A stretch of 31,954 nt of DNA from a virus (Duplodnaviria > Caudoviricetes): positions 1 to 31,954 of IMG/VR virus record IMGVR_UViG_3300042879_000936. One strand, 5' to 3'. This document shows positions 17,611-27,479 of the stretch, piece by piece (the first letter of the stretch is position 1; every line of letters begins with the position of its first letter). Both the position numbers and the translations under genes were made by a program. The notes beneath the pieces were generated by a model. That model ran no database searches, had not been told where the DNA came from, and saw nothing but the letters and a program-made list of their open reading frames with translations.

Positions 17611-17618
17611 CACCAAAC

Positions 17619-20600
17619 ATGGGCGACAGCAAGTACCTCGACATCGTCAAGTCTCTCGACCTTCCCAAGGTTGATGTTGCCCAAACACCGTCGGCTGGTC
17701 AATCCAAGTATTCCGACATCGCTCGGCAGATTGGCAGGGAGCAGCGCAAGGAGAAACTTCCGGGCGCTGGCGCTGCGGAAGAGGCTGGCGAAACTGCTGG
17801 AGCAGCCGTGTCGGCGGCGCTCACGCCGTTCGCGTATGAGCGCGGCGCTGCCACCATGCTGTACCTGTACCAGAAGGTATTTGGCGAGCCGGGTGAAGCG
17901 GAGTTCTATTCCCGTCTTGGCGGCATGGAGGCGATGGACAAGGAGGCACAGGCTGCTGGTGGTGTTCGCGACACCGTCGGCAGGACGCTTGCCGGGATGA
18001 CTGCGGCAACCGTTCGTGGTGCTGCCACGACGCTGGAGATGGTCACGCCTGATAGCGTTGATCCACTTGGTCAGGTCGAGGGATTTGCCCGTGGCATGGC
18101 TGCGACCTCTGCTGTCACCTCGGACACCTTCACCGACAAGGTGACCGCTGCCGTCACGAACGGCGTTGCCAACATCGCGCTTGGCGTGTTTGCTGCGCCT
18201 ATTGCTGCCCCGGCATTCTACTTTCAGGGGGCTGGCGGCGCTGCCAACGAGTACGACAACGCATTCGTCGAAGGCAAGTTGACCACGAAGGACGGCATCT
18301 ACCGACCGAGCGGGAAGTACATCGCTGCCTTGAAGGGCGGCGTGATCGAGGCTGCTACCGAGTGGTTCGGCGCGAAGATGGCGAAGAACATCGCCAAGAC
18401 CCGGTGGGGTCGTGACATGACTGTCAAGATGCGCGACATGAACCCGGCGATGAAGTTTGCGACGGGTCTTGGGACCGCATACGCGATGGAAGGTGGTGAA
18501 GAAGGCGTAGCGTCGCTTGCTTACAGCCTGACTCGCAAACTTCAGGGAGAAGAGTTTCGTGGATACAGCGATGCCGTTACGGAAGCGCTCACGGATGCGT
18601 TCTACGGTGGTTTCGGCGGCGCTGGCGCTCACCCGTTCATTGCCGTCGCCGAGGCTTCGCAAGCCAAGATCATGCGGGACCGCATCTCTTCGGAGATCCG
18701 CAAGGCAAATGGTCCGTTCTCCGACGAGAAGTTCTGGGATGCGATGCCGCGTGCAACTGTTGAATCGCTGAAGGGGATGACCCCGGCGCAGCGCGAAGCG
18801 GAATTGCAGACCGCCAACTCCAACTACCACCAAGCGAACGCAGACCGTCAGGTCGGCGCGACTGCCGTCAACAACGCGGCTGCGACGCTTGAGAAGGCGC
18901 AGAAGCAACTCAAGACTGCCAGCAAGTCCAAGGATCAGGCGAAGATCGACGCGGCGCAGAAGGCGGTCGATGCTGCAAAGGCTGCGTATGACAGCGCGTT
19001 CGCCAATCAGGCGACCCTCGGCGCTGAACTTCTTGCAGCCCGTACCCGCCTGATTACCATCGCTGCTTTCAACGCCCGGAACACCCCGGTCATCGAAAAG
19101 ACCGCTGCCGATGTCCTGTCGGAACTGAAGTTGGGCGCGTCTTCCGCCACCACCGAATCAGACCGCGCTGCCGAGGCGCAGATCAGGGAACTTGGATACG
19201 ACATCCAGTTCTTTGACTCAACCGATCCCGATGCCGACCCGGCGTTCTATAGCCCGTCCGCGCCGAACACCATCTTCCTGAAGTCTGGCATGACGCGGGA
19301 GGAAATGCTGGATGGTCTTGTCTTCGCCCACCATGAGGCGATGCACATCATTCAGGCGACGGATGGCGACCTGTACAGCGCCATGCGTAAGGCGTTCGAC
19401 GAGCAGAGCGTCGTTGAGGCTGGCGTTGAGTACTTCAACGACAAACTCCGCAGGGATGACAGGTTGGCGCAAAGCGCAGCATCGTCGCTGGCGCGGCAGA
19501 TGGATACAGGTCCGACGATGCCGACCACGGTCGGTGGCGCTATCGAGCAGCGAGCGGGTCGTACCCTGCTTCAGGCTGAAGGACAGGCTAAATTGCTGGA
19601 GAATGGCGTTCGCGAATTGCTCCGTTCTGGCAAGGCTCCCGGCTTCCTCGGGGAACTGATCGTCAAGATGGGGCTGCGCGGTCGCCAAGCGGCAACGGCG
19701 CTTCAGGTCCGCAAGTTGATGCTTGAAGCCGCAAAGCAGCGACAGCCCGCACCAGCAAAGCGCGGAACGAGGCAAGTAGCGCTCACGGAATTCGGAAGGC
19801 AGATCGAGGAGGCAAAGGGTGTCCTCCGCGCCCAGCAGATGATGGAGACCCCGCCAAAGGCTCCTGCTGCACCGACCCCGGCTGCTGCCCCTGCCGCCGC
19901 TGCGGCAGCGCCGTCGGCTGCTCCCGTCCCGCCGTCCGCTTCGGCGGCGGTGGTGACGGCGAGCGGAATGACCCCGGCAGAGGCTGCTGCTGCCCAGACC
20001 CCGGACTTCAAGGCGATGGTCAACCTCGCCGTGAACAACCTTCGCAAGACCGACAAGAAGTGGGCGGAAGGCAAGCGTCTGTATCCCATCGCGGAGCAGA
20101 TGGAGCGCGACCCGGCTGCGCTGTCGCCGGAAGACAGGAAGATCGGCGAGGAACTGCGAGCGGAGATGACCTCGCAGTTCGGCAAGGACTATGCGGTCCT
20201 GTGGGCGCGTCAGCGCAAGCCAGCCGAGACAACCGAGCAGAAGCGGGAGAAGAAGTCCGGTCGGTTCGTCGGAGCGCCCAAGTGGGTCGGCAAGTCCCCG
20301 GTCAAGTTGGAGAAGTTGCGTGCCAAGTTGCGGCAACTCGCGATGGAGGGCAAGGCTGGCAAGATGTGGTACGAGAACTCCAGCAGGGCAATTCTCGCAG
20401 CAGCCAACGGTGACATCGACGAAGCAGAGAAGATCGTCGCGCTTATCGCCATCTATTCGCCAAACGCTACGGTTCCAGCGAACACATCGATGGCGCTGAC
20501 CGCCTACTACCAATGGAAGGCTGGCGTTCCGATCAAAGCCGGGTTCCGCAAGGCGGACCAGAAGGCAACCGATCTTCTTGTCAACGGCAAGGCGTGGAGC

Positions 20601-23600
20601 GGCATCAAGACAAACTCGTTCTACCAGAACCTGATGGTCGAGATCGATCCGTCCAAACTCGATCCGGGCGTGGCAACGATGGATATGTGGATGGCGCTTG
20701 CTTTCGACTACGGAGACAAGGCGCTCGATCAAGGACCGAAATATGTCTTCGCGGAGAACGAGATCCGTCGGCTCGCAGAGGAACTCGGATGGAAGCCGCA
20801 TCAGGTTCAGGCTGCGATCTGGACGGCGATGAAGGGTCGCATTGATCCGATTCGTGGTGACCTCAAGAAGACCGAGTTGCGCCGCAAGATTGGCGAGATG
20901 GTTACCAAGGTGGATCCCGAAACCGGAGAATCCAAGGAGGTGTATCGGATCGTCAAGGGGCGCGAGTACGACCACTTCCGGCTTGCCCACAAGATGGGCA
21001 TGATGTACGCGCTTCGTCAGGAAGACATCGCCGCCAGCAAGTACGACTTCAGCAACGCGATCAACGACCGCATGGTGCAGATGTCTTGGGAGGCGACTCC
21101 CAGCACGACCACGGGTCGGTCGCTTCCGGGGATTCACCGCGCTCCGATTGAGCAGCAGTTTGAGTACCTCAAGGAGATCATGGATGTCCTGTATGTCAAC
21201 GGTCGCGATGTCATCGCTGACCTCGTTGGCTTGCCACAGGGAACCACGATCACCGGGTTCAGCGCATGGATGGGAAAGGTCGGCGCTGGGGCGCAAACCT
21301 TTGTTCCCGTTCCGCTGAAGGGCGCTGGCAAGAAGCGCACCTTCACGCCAGAAGCGAAGAAGTTGCTCAACCTTGCCGCACTTGTGCGTGGCTTCGTGAT
21401 GGAGCAGGATTCCGTCGTTTATCACACGCCTGTCTGGGACGATGCGAAGATTCGCCACAACGGCGTGCAGATTTATACGCAGCGTCCGTTGAACCGAGCG
21501 GAGATGACTGCGCTTTACGCAGCGCTACAGAACAAGTTCAACACCACGGAACTTGCACCCGGCTATCGGAATGATGGCGCTCGCGTGCTGAACTTCACGG
21601 ACATTCCTCACAAGGCTGTCCACGACGGCTTGAAAGAAATCATCGAACAGTTGCCCGATGACTTCGGCGGTGGTACTGTGGAACTTGAGACCTTCAGGTC
21701 TGAAGGCGCGTACATCGGCAACGATTGGAGCGAGAATCCCAATGGCGAAAGTTACTTGGCGCAAATCGAGTCCCTCCAGCCCGATCTACTCGGAAGGGTC
21801 AGAGATCTTCGTTCCCGTATCCAAGCCGTCAACGGCCAGTTCGATGCCAAGTATGGATGGGGACCAAGCACAATCCTTGCAGCCCGAAGACGGGGACGCA
21901 GCAATGCATCTCGCCTACGAGCGGGCGCTCTCGGCGTTACTCGCGAGTACGGCACAGCAATCAGAGGAGCCTCCCGCTTCATCGGAGTCCACTTCTCCGG
22001 GCAATCCCGCCCAAGGCTGAACTCAAAGTTCTACGGGTCCGGGATGCGCGGAGCCGAACGGCTTCGCGTGTACGCGGCGGAAGATGATCGGTTGCTTCAC
22101 CGCGTGTACTTCTATGTCGATGACGGCAACGGCATCGTGCCGGAATCCTCCGTCGGCGATCAAGTCCACGGGGTGATCTTGAACAATGTCTACGACGCCG
22201 GGAAGGATGCTCGCAACTTCAGGCGACGGGCAGAAGATGCCAATAGGTTTGAGTTGATGGTGGCTGATGCCGGGTTTGACGGCCTGTACATCCCGAATGC
22301 AATCGAGGAACAGGGCGTCAAGATGGGCGTGGTTGTCCTCATCGGCCAGCGTTCCGTTCCGGTCGAGCGCAAGGGATCGATGAACGAGAACCTTCTGCGC
22401 CAGCAAGCGGAGCGAGAGGCCGGAAGACGCGGTCGAACTGGCGTCCTGTCGGCTCGCCGAAAGATCACTCCAAAGCAGGATGCCGACTACCTCGCCGCCG
22501 TCGAGCGTGGAGACATGGCGACGGCGCAGCGCATGGTGGATATGGCTGCAAAGGCAGCGGGATACATTTACCGCGTATTTCATGGAACGAACGCGGAACA
22601 GTTTGATGTGTTTGACATAGAAAAAGGTGGAGCCAAAACTGGGGCTGATTCGGCACAACTCGGGTTGTTTGCGTCTGACAATAAGAAGGTGGCGCAGTCA
22701 TATGCCGACAACATTGGCATGGGTGGATTTTTTGATCTTGCTCTCGGAGGTCCGTTGTCATCGCTCCGAGACAAGGCTCTGGAAACAGGACGGGGAAAGC
22801 AACTAAAGGATGCGTATATCGCAGCCAAGAATGAATATGACGCGGCGCTCAAAACGGAACGCGAGCGGATTCGTGCGAATGTTGCGAACTCCGATGTAAT
22901 TGCAAAATTGAAGGATGCTGGGTTTGCGAACGAGATTGAAGGATTCATTGAACGCCTTTCGATGAGCGAGATAATGGATGGGGATTGGCTTCAATCCCCT
23001 GCCATCGTTGCTGCCGAAGCAAAACTCACCGAGTCGCAGGAACCGCTTTCGGCGTTCATCAATGATGTGCTTGTGTCCTCGTTGCCTAATCGACGAGTGC
23101 TAAATCTGTACGCGAAGATCGACAATCCTGCGATCTACGACGCAGAGGGAAAGACTCCTGCCGCGTTCTCTTTGACTCCAAAAATTCAGAAAGCAATTAG
23201 TGACGGCAACGATGGGGTCATTTTCAAGAACTTGATTGACCCGGTCGAACCATCAACACACTATGTCGTGTTCAAGTCTTCGCAATTCAAGTCTTCCGAT
23301 CCTGTAACCCGCGACAAGGCTGGAAACATCATCCCGTTGTCACAACGGTTTGATGAAACAACTCCAGAAATCCTTCGCGCTCGCCGCCCATCGAAACGGT
23401 TTTTCGACGAGGTCGCACGGGGCGAGCGCAAGTGGGCGCTGACCGACGCGAACGGCGATCCCGTGATGATGTACCACGGGTCTTTTCGAGACACTCCAGT
23501 TGTTCCGTTCGGTCGCCTTCCGAGCAGCGGAAAGATGCCGATGTTGCGGTACGGTCGAGAGGGAATGTCTTTTACTGACGAGCCAACTTTTGCAGAATCG

Positions 23601-26600
23601 TTTGGCGATCAGGTATACCCGGCGTGGATTAGCGCAAAGAATCCGGCAGAAGTTGATATACGAACCAATCATTGGGCGCGAATTCCTGCGTGGGTTGCTC
23701 ATCGCGAGTTGCAGAAATATCTTGGCGACGGCGTATACGAACTCGTCAACAGGGTTGCTGGAACAGAATCGTCTGAATGGTTCGACGAAGGATTGATTGA
23801 TGCATGGCTGAAAAACGGTCGAATTGAAAAGCGGCATGGATGGATTCCTGTTGTAACTGCCGATGACATTGCTGGGCTTCTTATTGCTGCTGGTCACGAT
23901 GTTGTTGTCCTCAAGAACATTTCGGACGATGGATCCCAGAATCGTGGTGGATGGAGAGGCAGCATTCACGCCGAGGTTGTTGTTGCTTCTGGGGATCCGA
24001 TCATCAACGCGCTGACCAACCAGCGCGTCACCGATGCCGAGTACAAGACGCTCGCCGCTCGCCGCCAGCCGACGGCAGAGCGCCGAGACATTGCCGCGTC
24101 CGTCGTGCTGGATGTCGCTCGCCAGCGTCTACAACAGTTGCTCGATTCGCTGCCAGCCAACCAAGCGACATGGTCGGAAGCAAACCGCGCAGCCGTCGCC
24201 ACGGCACGCCAGAATGTCCTCGATGCTGCACGCGACCTAAAGCGCAAGCCTTCGCGTGCCGACGCTGCGTCGCTGGCGTACCAGATTGGTCGCCGCGAGG
24301 GTCTGCTGTCCGGTGAGGTCAGGGGTCAGACCGTCGCCAAGCGCGAGGAGAAGCGCGAGGCTGAACGGCTTGTGCGCGAGGAGCGCGACAAGCAGCGCGT
24401 CGAGGCACGGGCAAAGCGGATGAAGATGCGGTCGGAGTTCCGAGACCGGGTCGCTGGTCTGATGCTTGAGATCGAGTCTGCCGCCGCAACCAACGACGAA
24501 CTTCGCAACCGAATCAAGGTGATGCGGAAGTACGAGAAGGCTCGCAAGGCTGTCGCTGCACGCAAGGCAGAGAACGCCGTCCTCAAGGCGTGGATCAAGG
24601 GTCTCTACAAGGGTCGTGCTGTTGGCAAGGCAGAGGGGATTGCCGAAGCCAAGCAGAAGATGACCGACATTCGCAAGGCTGCGGTTCAGGTCATCGCCAC
24701 CCTGCCGCCGAAGTTGCGCGGCAAGTATGTGAACGCCGTCGCCACGATGAAGACGGCGGCTGGGATCAACAAGATTGCCCGTCGCGTGGTGCATGATCTC
24801 GCGATGGCGGAAGCCATCGAGACCGTCGCTGCCATCAACCGCATGGAGAAGCGGATCAAGAAGGTCGGTCTTCGTGCGGAGACCCGTACCGATCTGCGCG
24901 ATGACTTGTCCGCCGCACGGTCCATGCTGGCATCTGGTCGCAAGCGGATGCTGCCGTTCACCGACACCGCCGACCTTGCGTCGCGTACCGAAGCAGCCCG
25001 ACGGCTGCTGGAGTCGGCGGTGCAGCGCTTCGATGTGGAGCGTGCGGAGTACCGAGATGCGCGTGATCTGCGTGCGGACGAGGCTGCTGCCGATGCCGCC
25101 GCGCTGGGAGCGACGCTCGCGACGATGCCGAAGTTGAAGCAGGGTCGGCTCTCGTCGATGGCTCCGAAGCGCGGTGTGCTTCGTGACATCTTCGCGACCA
25201 TCGGCAATGCCGACATCTACACCCTGATGCAAGCCATCGAGGGCGGGTCGAGCGGTGTGCTTGGCAAGATGTGGGCTGGGTTCTCCGAAGCCAAGGGCAA
25301 CATGACGCTCGACCGCAAGCGCATCGACGAGCGAATTGACGCAGCCCTGCGAGGAGTTGGGTATGCCGGGTACGACGGATACGCGACTAACGCCGCTGGT
25401 CTCTACGGAGAATCGTCGGCAGAGTCCGTGACCGTCACGCTCGGCGGCAACCCGATGACCATCACCGTGGATCAGATGCTGCACCTCGCGGCGTTTGATG
25501 ACGATACGGTGGCGCTGCTGACCGACGAGACCGACCCGACGGGAACGCCGGGTGCGCCGATTGTCTTCTCGACCTACCGGAATTCGCCGAAGGTCTACAT
25601 GACCCAGCAGGAGTTCGCTGCCATCCGGGCGAACCTGACCAACGGGCAGCGCCAGTTGATCGATGAGATGAAGGCGATCTTGGAGGACGAGATCCGCGCT
25701 CGCGCCTTCGACATCCACTTCCAGATCCACGGTCGCCAGCCCGACATCGTCCCCGGATACTTCCCGCGCCAGCGCCTCGGCGACGAGGTCGGCGAGATCG
25801 TCGATGTGAACGCCCTGCCTTCGGCGGTGATGAACACCATGCTGTCGAACGCCGGGTTCCTCCAGCAGCGCGTCGCCGCGAAGTCCACGCTGGTGGTCGG
25901 CGGCATGATGCGGACGATGGACAAGCACCTCGACGAATCGCTGCGGCTGATCCACCTGTCGATGCCGCTGCGGTACGCGATGACCGTCCTCAAGAACAGC
26001 GAGGTCAAGGCTGGCATCGAGTCCACGATGGGCGACGGCGGCAACGACATGATCCGCAAGTTGGTGCTGAACGGTGTCGGTCTGTCTGGCAGGGCGCAGG
26101 GCGGTCTGATCGAGGGCATCAACGCCAACATCAGCGGCGCTCTGATCACGCTGAACCCGAAGACTTGGCTGCGCCAGTTGGGCGGCGCTTTCAGGCTGAT
26201 CAGCGAGATGCCCGTCGGCGCATGGGCAAAGGGCGTGGCGCAGATGGCTGTGATGACCCCGGCGCAGCGCCGTGACATGGCTCGCGAGATTGAGTCGATG
26301 AACGGGTACTTCTACGACCGTCATCGCCGCAGCCAAGTCGGCATCTTCGCCAATGTCCTCGGCGACCCGAACACGGCGCGTGACCGCTGGGCAGCGTCGC
26401 TGTCCTCGTCGGCTCGCTCGATGTCCGCGCTCGGCGAAAGCATCGCGGCTGGTCAGTTTGCCCGTGCGGCGCGTGACCTACGCGAGGGCGTGCTTCCGAT
26501 CAGCCGCGTGCTGAAGAGCGCCGACGGCGTTCTCCGCATGGTGGACAGGCAGATCATGCTGGCGGCGTTCCTCGGTATGCGTGCCGATGTGATGGCAAGC

Positions 26601-27410
26601 AACCCGGCGATGACCCCGGCAGAGGTCAACATCGCCGCTGCGAAACTCGCCGAACAGGCGTTCCGTAAGACGCAGAATGTCAGCGACCCGCTCGACGATA
26701 CGGTGTACGCAGCGCAGCAGAAGTTCTCGCAGGGCATCGGTCGCCTGATGTTCCCGTTCAGCAGCGATCCGCTGAAGGGGTACAACCAGATCCGACGGGC
26801 TGCGGCGAGTGGCGACCCGGCGCTGATCGGGCGCACCGCCGTTGGCGTTGCCGGGAACATGGCGCTGTCGGCGGCGGTCAACCCTCTGTGGACGGCGGCT
26901 GGCATCGCCATCGCCAACGCCCTCGGCGGGGGCGGTGACGAGGAAGACGAGGAGATGATCAAGCAGATGGCGATGGAGCAGGAGTTCTCCTACATCGCCC
27001 CCCGGATCGCCTCGGACGCTGCCGCAGCCACCTTCGGCTACCTCGGAATGCTGGGTGGCGGCATCGTCGATGGCGCTCTGGGAAGCGCCGAGCGTGCCGA
27101 CGATGTCATGGAACCGCTGGTTGTGCGGTTCTTCGGCGACATCAGCCAGTACGCAGCCAAGGGAGATCTGCCAAGCCTGTCTGCAACTGGACTGCAAATG
27201 GCTGGCGTGCCTGTGGTTGCGCCGACCACGACGGTAACAGGCGTGCTGAAGAAGGCTGCACCAAGCGACCGCAAGTTGCTGGAGTACTACCGAAAGTTGG
27301 ATAAGGCTGGACAACTCAATGCATCCCAGCGCCAGCGGCTGAATGTGCTGGCGGCTCGGGAGCGCATCCGGCTGGCACAGGAGCGCCGCGCCAAACAGTT
27401 GCAAGAGTAG
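17619..27410 (+). CDS. Giant (~3263 aa) polyvalent internal virion protein: HExxH peptidase, glycosylase-like domain, three ART-like domains, helical C-terminal region
   Basis: Likely start ATG 17619. HEAMH at 19332-19346; WY...SP...K..SFYQNL...TMDMWM...QVQAAIW at 20367-20822; VHFS at 21987; FHGT at 22578; YHGS at 23472. Last gene of the ejection cluster. Confidence 0.85.
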   Translation: MGDSKYLDIVKSLDLPKVDVAQTPSAGQSKYSDIARQIGREQRKEKLPGAGAAEEAGETAGAAVSAALTPFAYERGAATMLYLYQKVFGEPGEAEFYSRLGGMEAMDKEAQAAGGVRDTVGRTLAGMTAATVRGAATTLEMVTPDSVDPLGQVEGFARGMAATSAVTSDTFTDKVTAAVTNGVANIALGVFAAPIAAPAFYFQGAGGAANEYDNAFVEGKLTTKDGIYRPSGKYIAALKGGVIEAATEWFGAKMAKNIAKTRWGRDMTVKMRDMNPAMKFATGLGTAYAMEGGEEGVASLAYSLTRKLQGEEFRGYSDAVTEALTDAFYGGFGGAGAHPFIAVAEASQAKIMRDRISSEIRKANGPFSDEKFWDAMPRATVESLKGMTPAQREAELQTANSNYHQANADRQVGATAVNNAAATLEKAQKQLKTASKSKDQAKIDAAQKAVDAAKAAYDSAFANQATLGAELLAARTRLITIAAFNARNTPVIEKTAADVLSELKLGASSATTESDRAAEAQIRELGYDIQFFDSTDPDADPAFYSPSAPNTIFLKSGMTREEMLDGLVFAHHEAMHIIQATDGDLYSAMRKAFDEQSVVEAGVEYFNDKLRRDDRLAQSAASSLARQMDTGPTMPTTVGGAIEQRAGRTLLQAEGQAKLLENGVRELLRSGKAPGFLGELIVKMGLRGRQAATALQVRKLMLEAAKQRQPAPAKRGTRQVALTEFGRQIEEAKGVLRAQQMMETPPKAPAAPTPAAAPAAAAAAPSAAPVPPSASAAVVTASGMTPAEAAAAQTPDFKAMVNLAVNNLRKTDKKWAEGKRLYPIAEQMERDPAALSPEDRKIGEELRAEMTSQFGKDYAVLWARQRKPAETTEQKREKKSGRFVGAPKWVGKSPVKLEKLRAKLRQLAMEGKAGKMWYENSSRAILAAANGDIDEAEKIVALIAIYSPNATVPANTSMALTAYYQWKAGVPIKAGFRKADQKATDLLVNGKAWSGIKTNSFYQNLMVEIDPSKLDPGVATMDMWMALAFDYGDKALDQGPKYVFAENEIRRLAEELGWKPHQVQAAIWTAMKGRIDPIRGDLKKTELRRKIGEMVTKVDPETGESKEVYRIVKGREYDHFRLAHKMGMMYALRQEDIAASKYDFSNAINDRMVQMSWEATPSTTTGRSLPGIHRAPIEQQFEYLKEIMDVLYVNGRDVIADLVGLPQGTTITGFSAWMGKVGAGAQTFVPVPLKGAGKKRTFTPEAKKLLNLAALVRGFVMEQDSVVYHTPVWDDAKIRHNGVQIYTQRPLNRAEMTALYAALQNKFNTTELAPGYRNDGARVLNFTDIPHKAVHDGLKEIIEQLPDDFGGGTVELETFRSEGAYIGNDWSENPNGESYLAQIESLQPDLLGRVRDLRSRIQAVNGQFDAKYGWGPSTILAARRRGRSNASRLRAGALGVTREYGTAIRGASRFIGVHFSGQSRPRLNSKFYGSGMRGAERLRVYAAEDDRLLHRVYFYVDDGNGIVPESSVGDQVHGVILNNVYDAGKDARNFRRRAEDANRFELMVADAGFDGLYIPNAIEEQGVKMGVVVLIGQRSVPVERKGSMNENLLRQQAEREAGRRGRTGVLSARRKITPKQDADYLAAVERGDMATAQRMVDMAAKAAGYIYRVFHGTNAEQFDVFDIEKGGAKTGADSAQLGLFASDNKKVAQSYADNIGMGGFFDLALGGPLSSLRDKALETGRGKQLKDAYIAAKNEYDAALKTERERIRANVANSDVIAKLKDAGFANEIEGFIERLSMSEIMDGDWLQSPAIVAAEAKLTESQEPLSAFINDVLVSSLPNRRVLNLYAKIDNPAIYDAEGKTPAAFSLTPKIQKAISDGNDGVIFKNLIDPVEPSTHYVVFKSSQFKSSDPVTRDKAGNIIPLSQRFDETTPEILRARRPSKRFFDEVARGERKWALTDANGDPVMMYHGSFRDTPVVPFGRLPSSGKMPMLRYGREGMSFTDEPTFAESFGDQVYPAWISAKNPAEVDIRTNHWARIPAWVAHRELQKYLGDGVYELVNRVAGTESSEWFDEGLIDAWLKNGRIEKRHGWIPVVTADDIAGLLIAAGHDVVVLKNISDDGSQNRGGWRGSIHAEVVVASGDPIINALTNQRVTDAEYKTLAARRQPTAERRDIAASVVLDVARQRLQQLLDSLPANQATWSEANRAAVATARQNVLDAARDLKRKPSRADAASLAYQIGRREGLLSGEVRGQTVAKREEKREAERLVREERDKQRVEARAKRMKMRSEFRDRVAGLMLEIESAAATNDELRNRIKVMRKYEKARKAVAARKAENAVLKAWIKGLYKGRAVGKAEGIAEAKQKMTDIRKAAVQVIATLPPKLRGKYVNAVATMKTAAGINKIARRVVHDLAMAEAIETVAAINRMEKRIKKVGLRAETRTDLRDDLSAARSMLASGRKRMLPFTDTADLASRTEAARRLLESAVQRFDVERAEYRDARDLRADEAAADAAALGATLATMPKLKQGRLSSMAPKRGVLRDIFATIGNADIYTLMQAIEGGSSGVLGKMWAGFSEAKGNMTLDRKRIDERIDAALRGVGYAGYDGYATNAAGLYGESSAESVTVTLGGNPMTITVDQMLHLAAFDDDTVALLTDETDPTGTPGAPIVFSTYRNSPKVYMTQQEFAAIRANLTNGQRQLIDEMKAILEDEIRARAFDIHFQIHGRQPDIVPGYFPRQRLGDEVGEIVDVNALPSAVMNTMLSNAGFLQQRVAAKSTLVVGGMMRTMDKHLDESLRLIHLSMPLRYAMTVLKNSEVKAGIESTMGDGGNDMIRKLVLNGVGLSGRAQGGLIEGINANISGALITLNPKTWLRQLGGAFRLISEMPVGAWAKGVAQMAVMTPAQRRDMAREIESMNGYFYDRHRRSQVGIFANVLGDPNTARDRWAASLSSSARSMSALGESIAAGQFARAARDLREGVLPISRVLKSADGVLRMVDRQIMLAAFLGMRADVMASNPAMTPAEVNIAAAKLAEQAFRKTQNVSDPLDDTVYAAQQKFSQGIGRLMFPFSSDPLKGYNQIRRAAASGDPALIGRTAVGVAGNMALSAAVNPLWTAAGIAIANALGGGGDEEDEEMIKQMAMEQEFSYIAPRIASDAAAATFGYLGMLGGGIVDGALGSAERADDVMEPLVVRFFGDISQYAAKGDLPSLSATGLQMAGVPVVAPTTTVTGVLKKAAPSDRKLLEYYRKLDKAGQLNASQRQRLNVLAARERIRLAQERRAKQLQE

Positions 27411-27412
27411 TG

Positions 27413-27441
27413 TTGCAATGTGGGTGTGGTGTAGTTACCAT
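27413..27441 (+). promoter_or_regulatory. Sigma70-like promoter for the early module
   Basis: TTGCAA (27413-27418), 17-nt spacer, TACCAT (27436-27441), in the gap between structural and recombination genes. Confidence 0.7.
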
Positions 27442-27479
27442 GTGTGTGCGGCACGATGCCGCAGAAAGGAGAGACACAC

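Noticed and set aside
19850-20000. Ala/Pro-rich low-complexity stretch as a DNA repeat element
   Set aside because: It is an in-frame flexible linker (PPKAPAAPTPAAAPAAAAAAPS) with no regular nucleotide periodicity.
24066-27410. Virion RNA polymerase (N4- or crAss-like) within the giant protein
   Set aside because: I could not find a DxDGD/DFDxD or T7-like polymerase motif set; the region looks helical/structural. A profile search is needed to exclude it fully.
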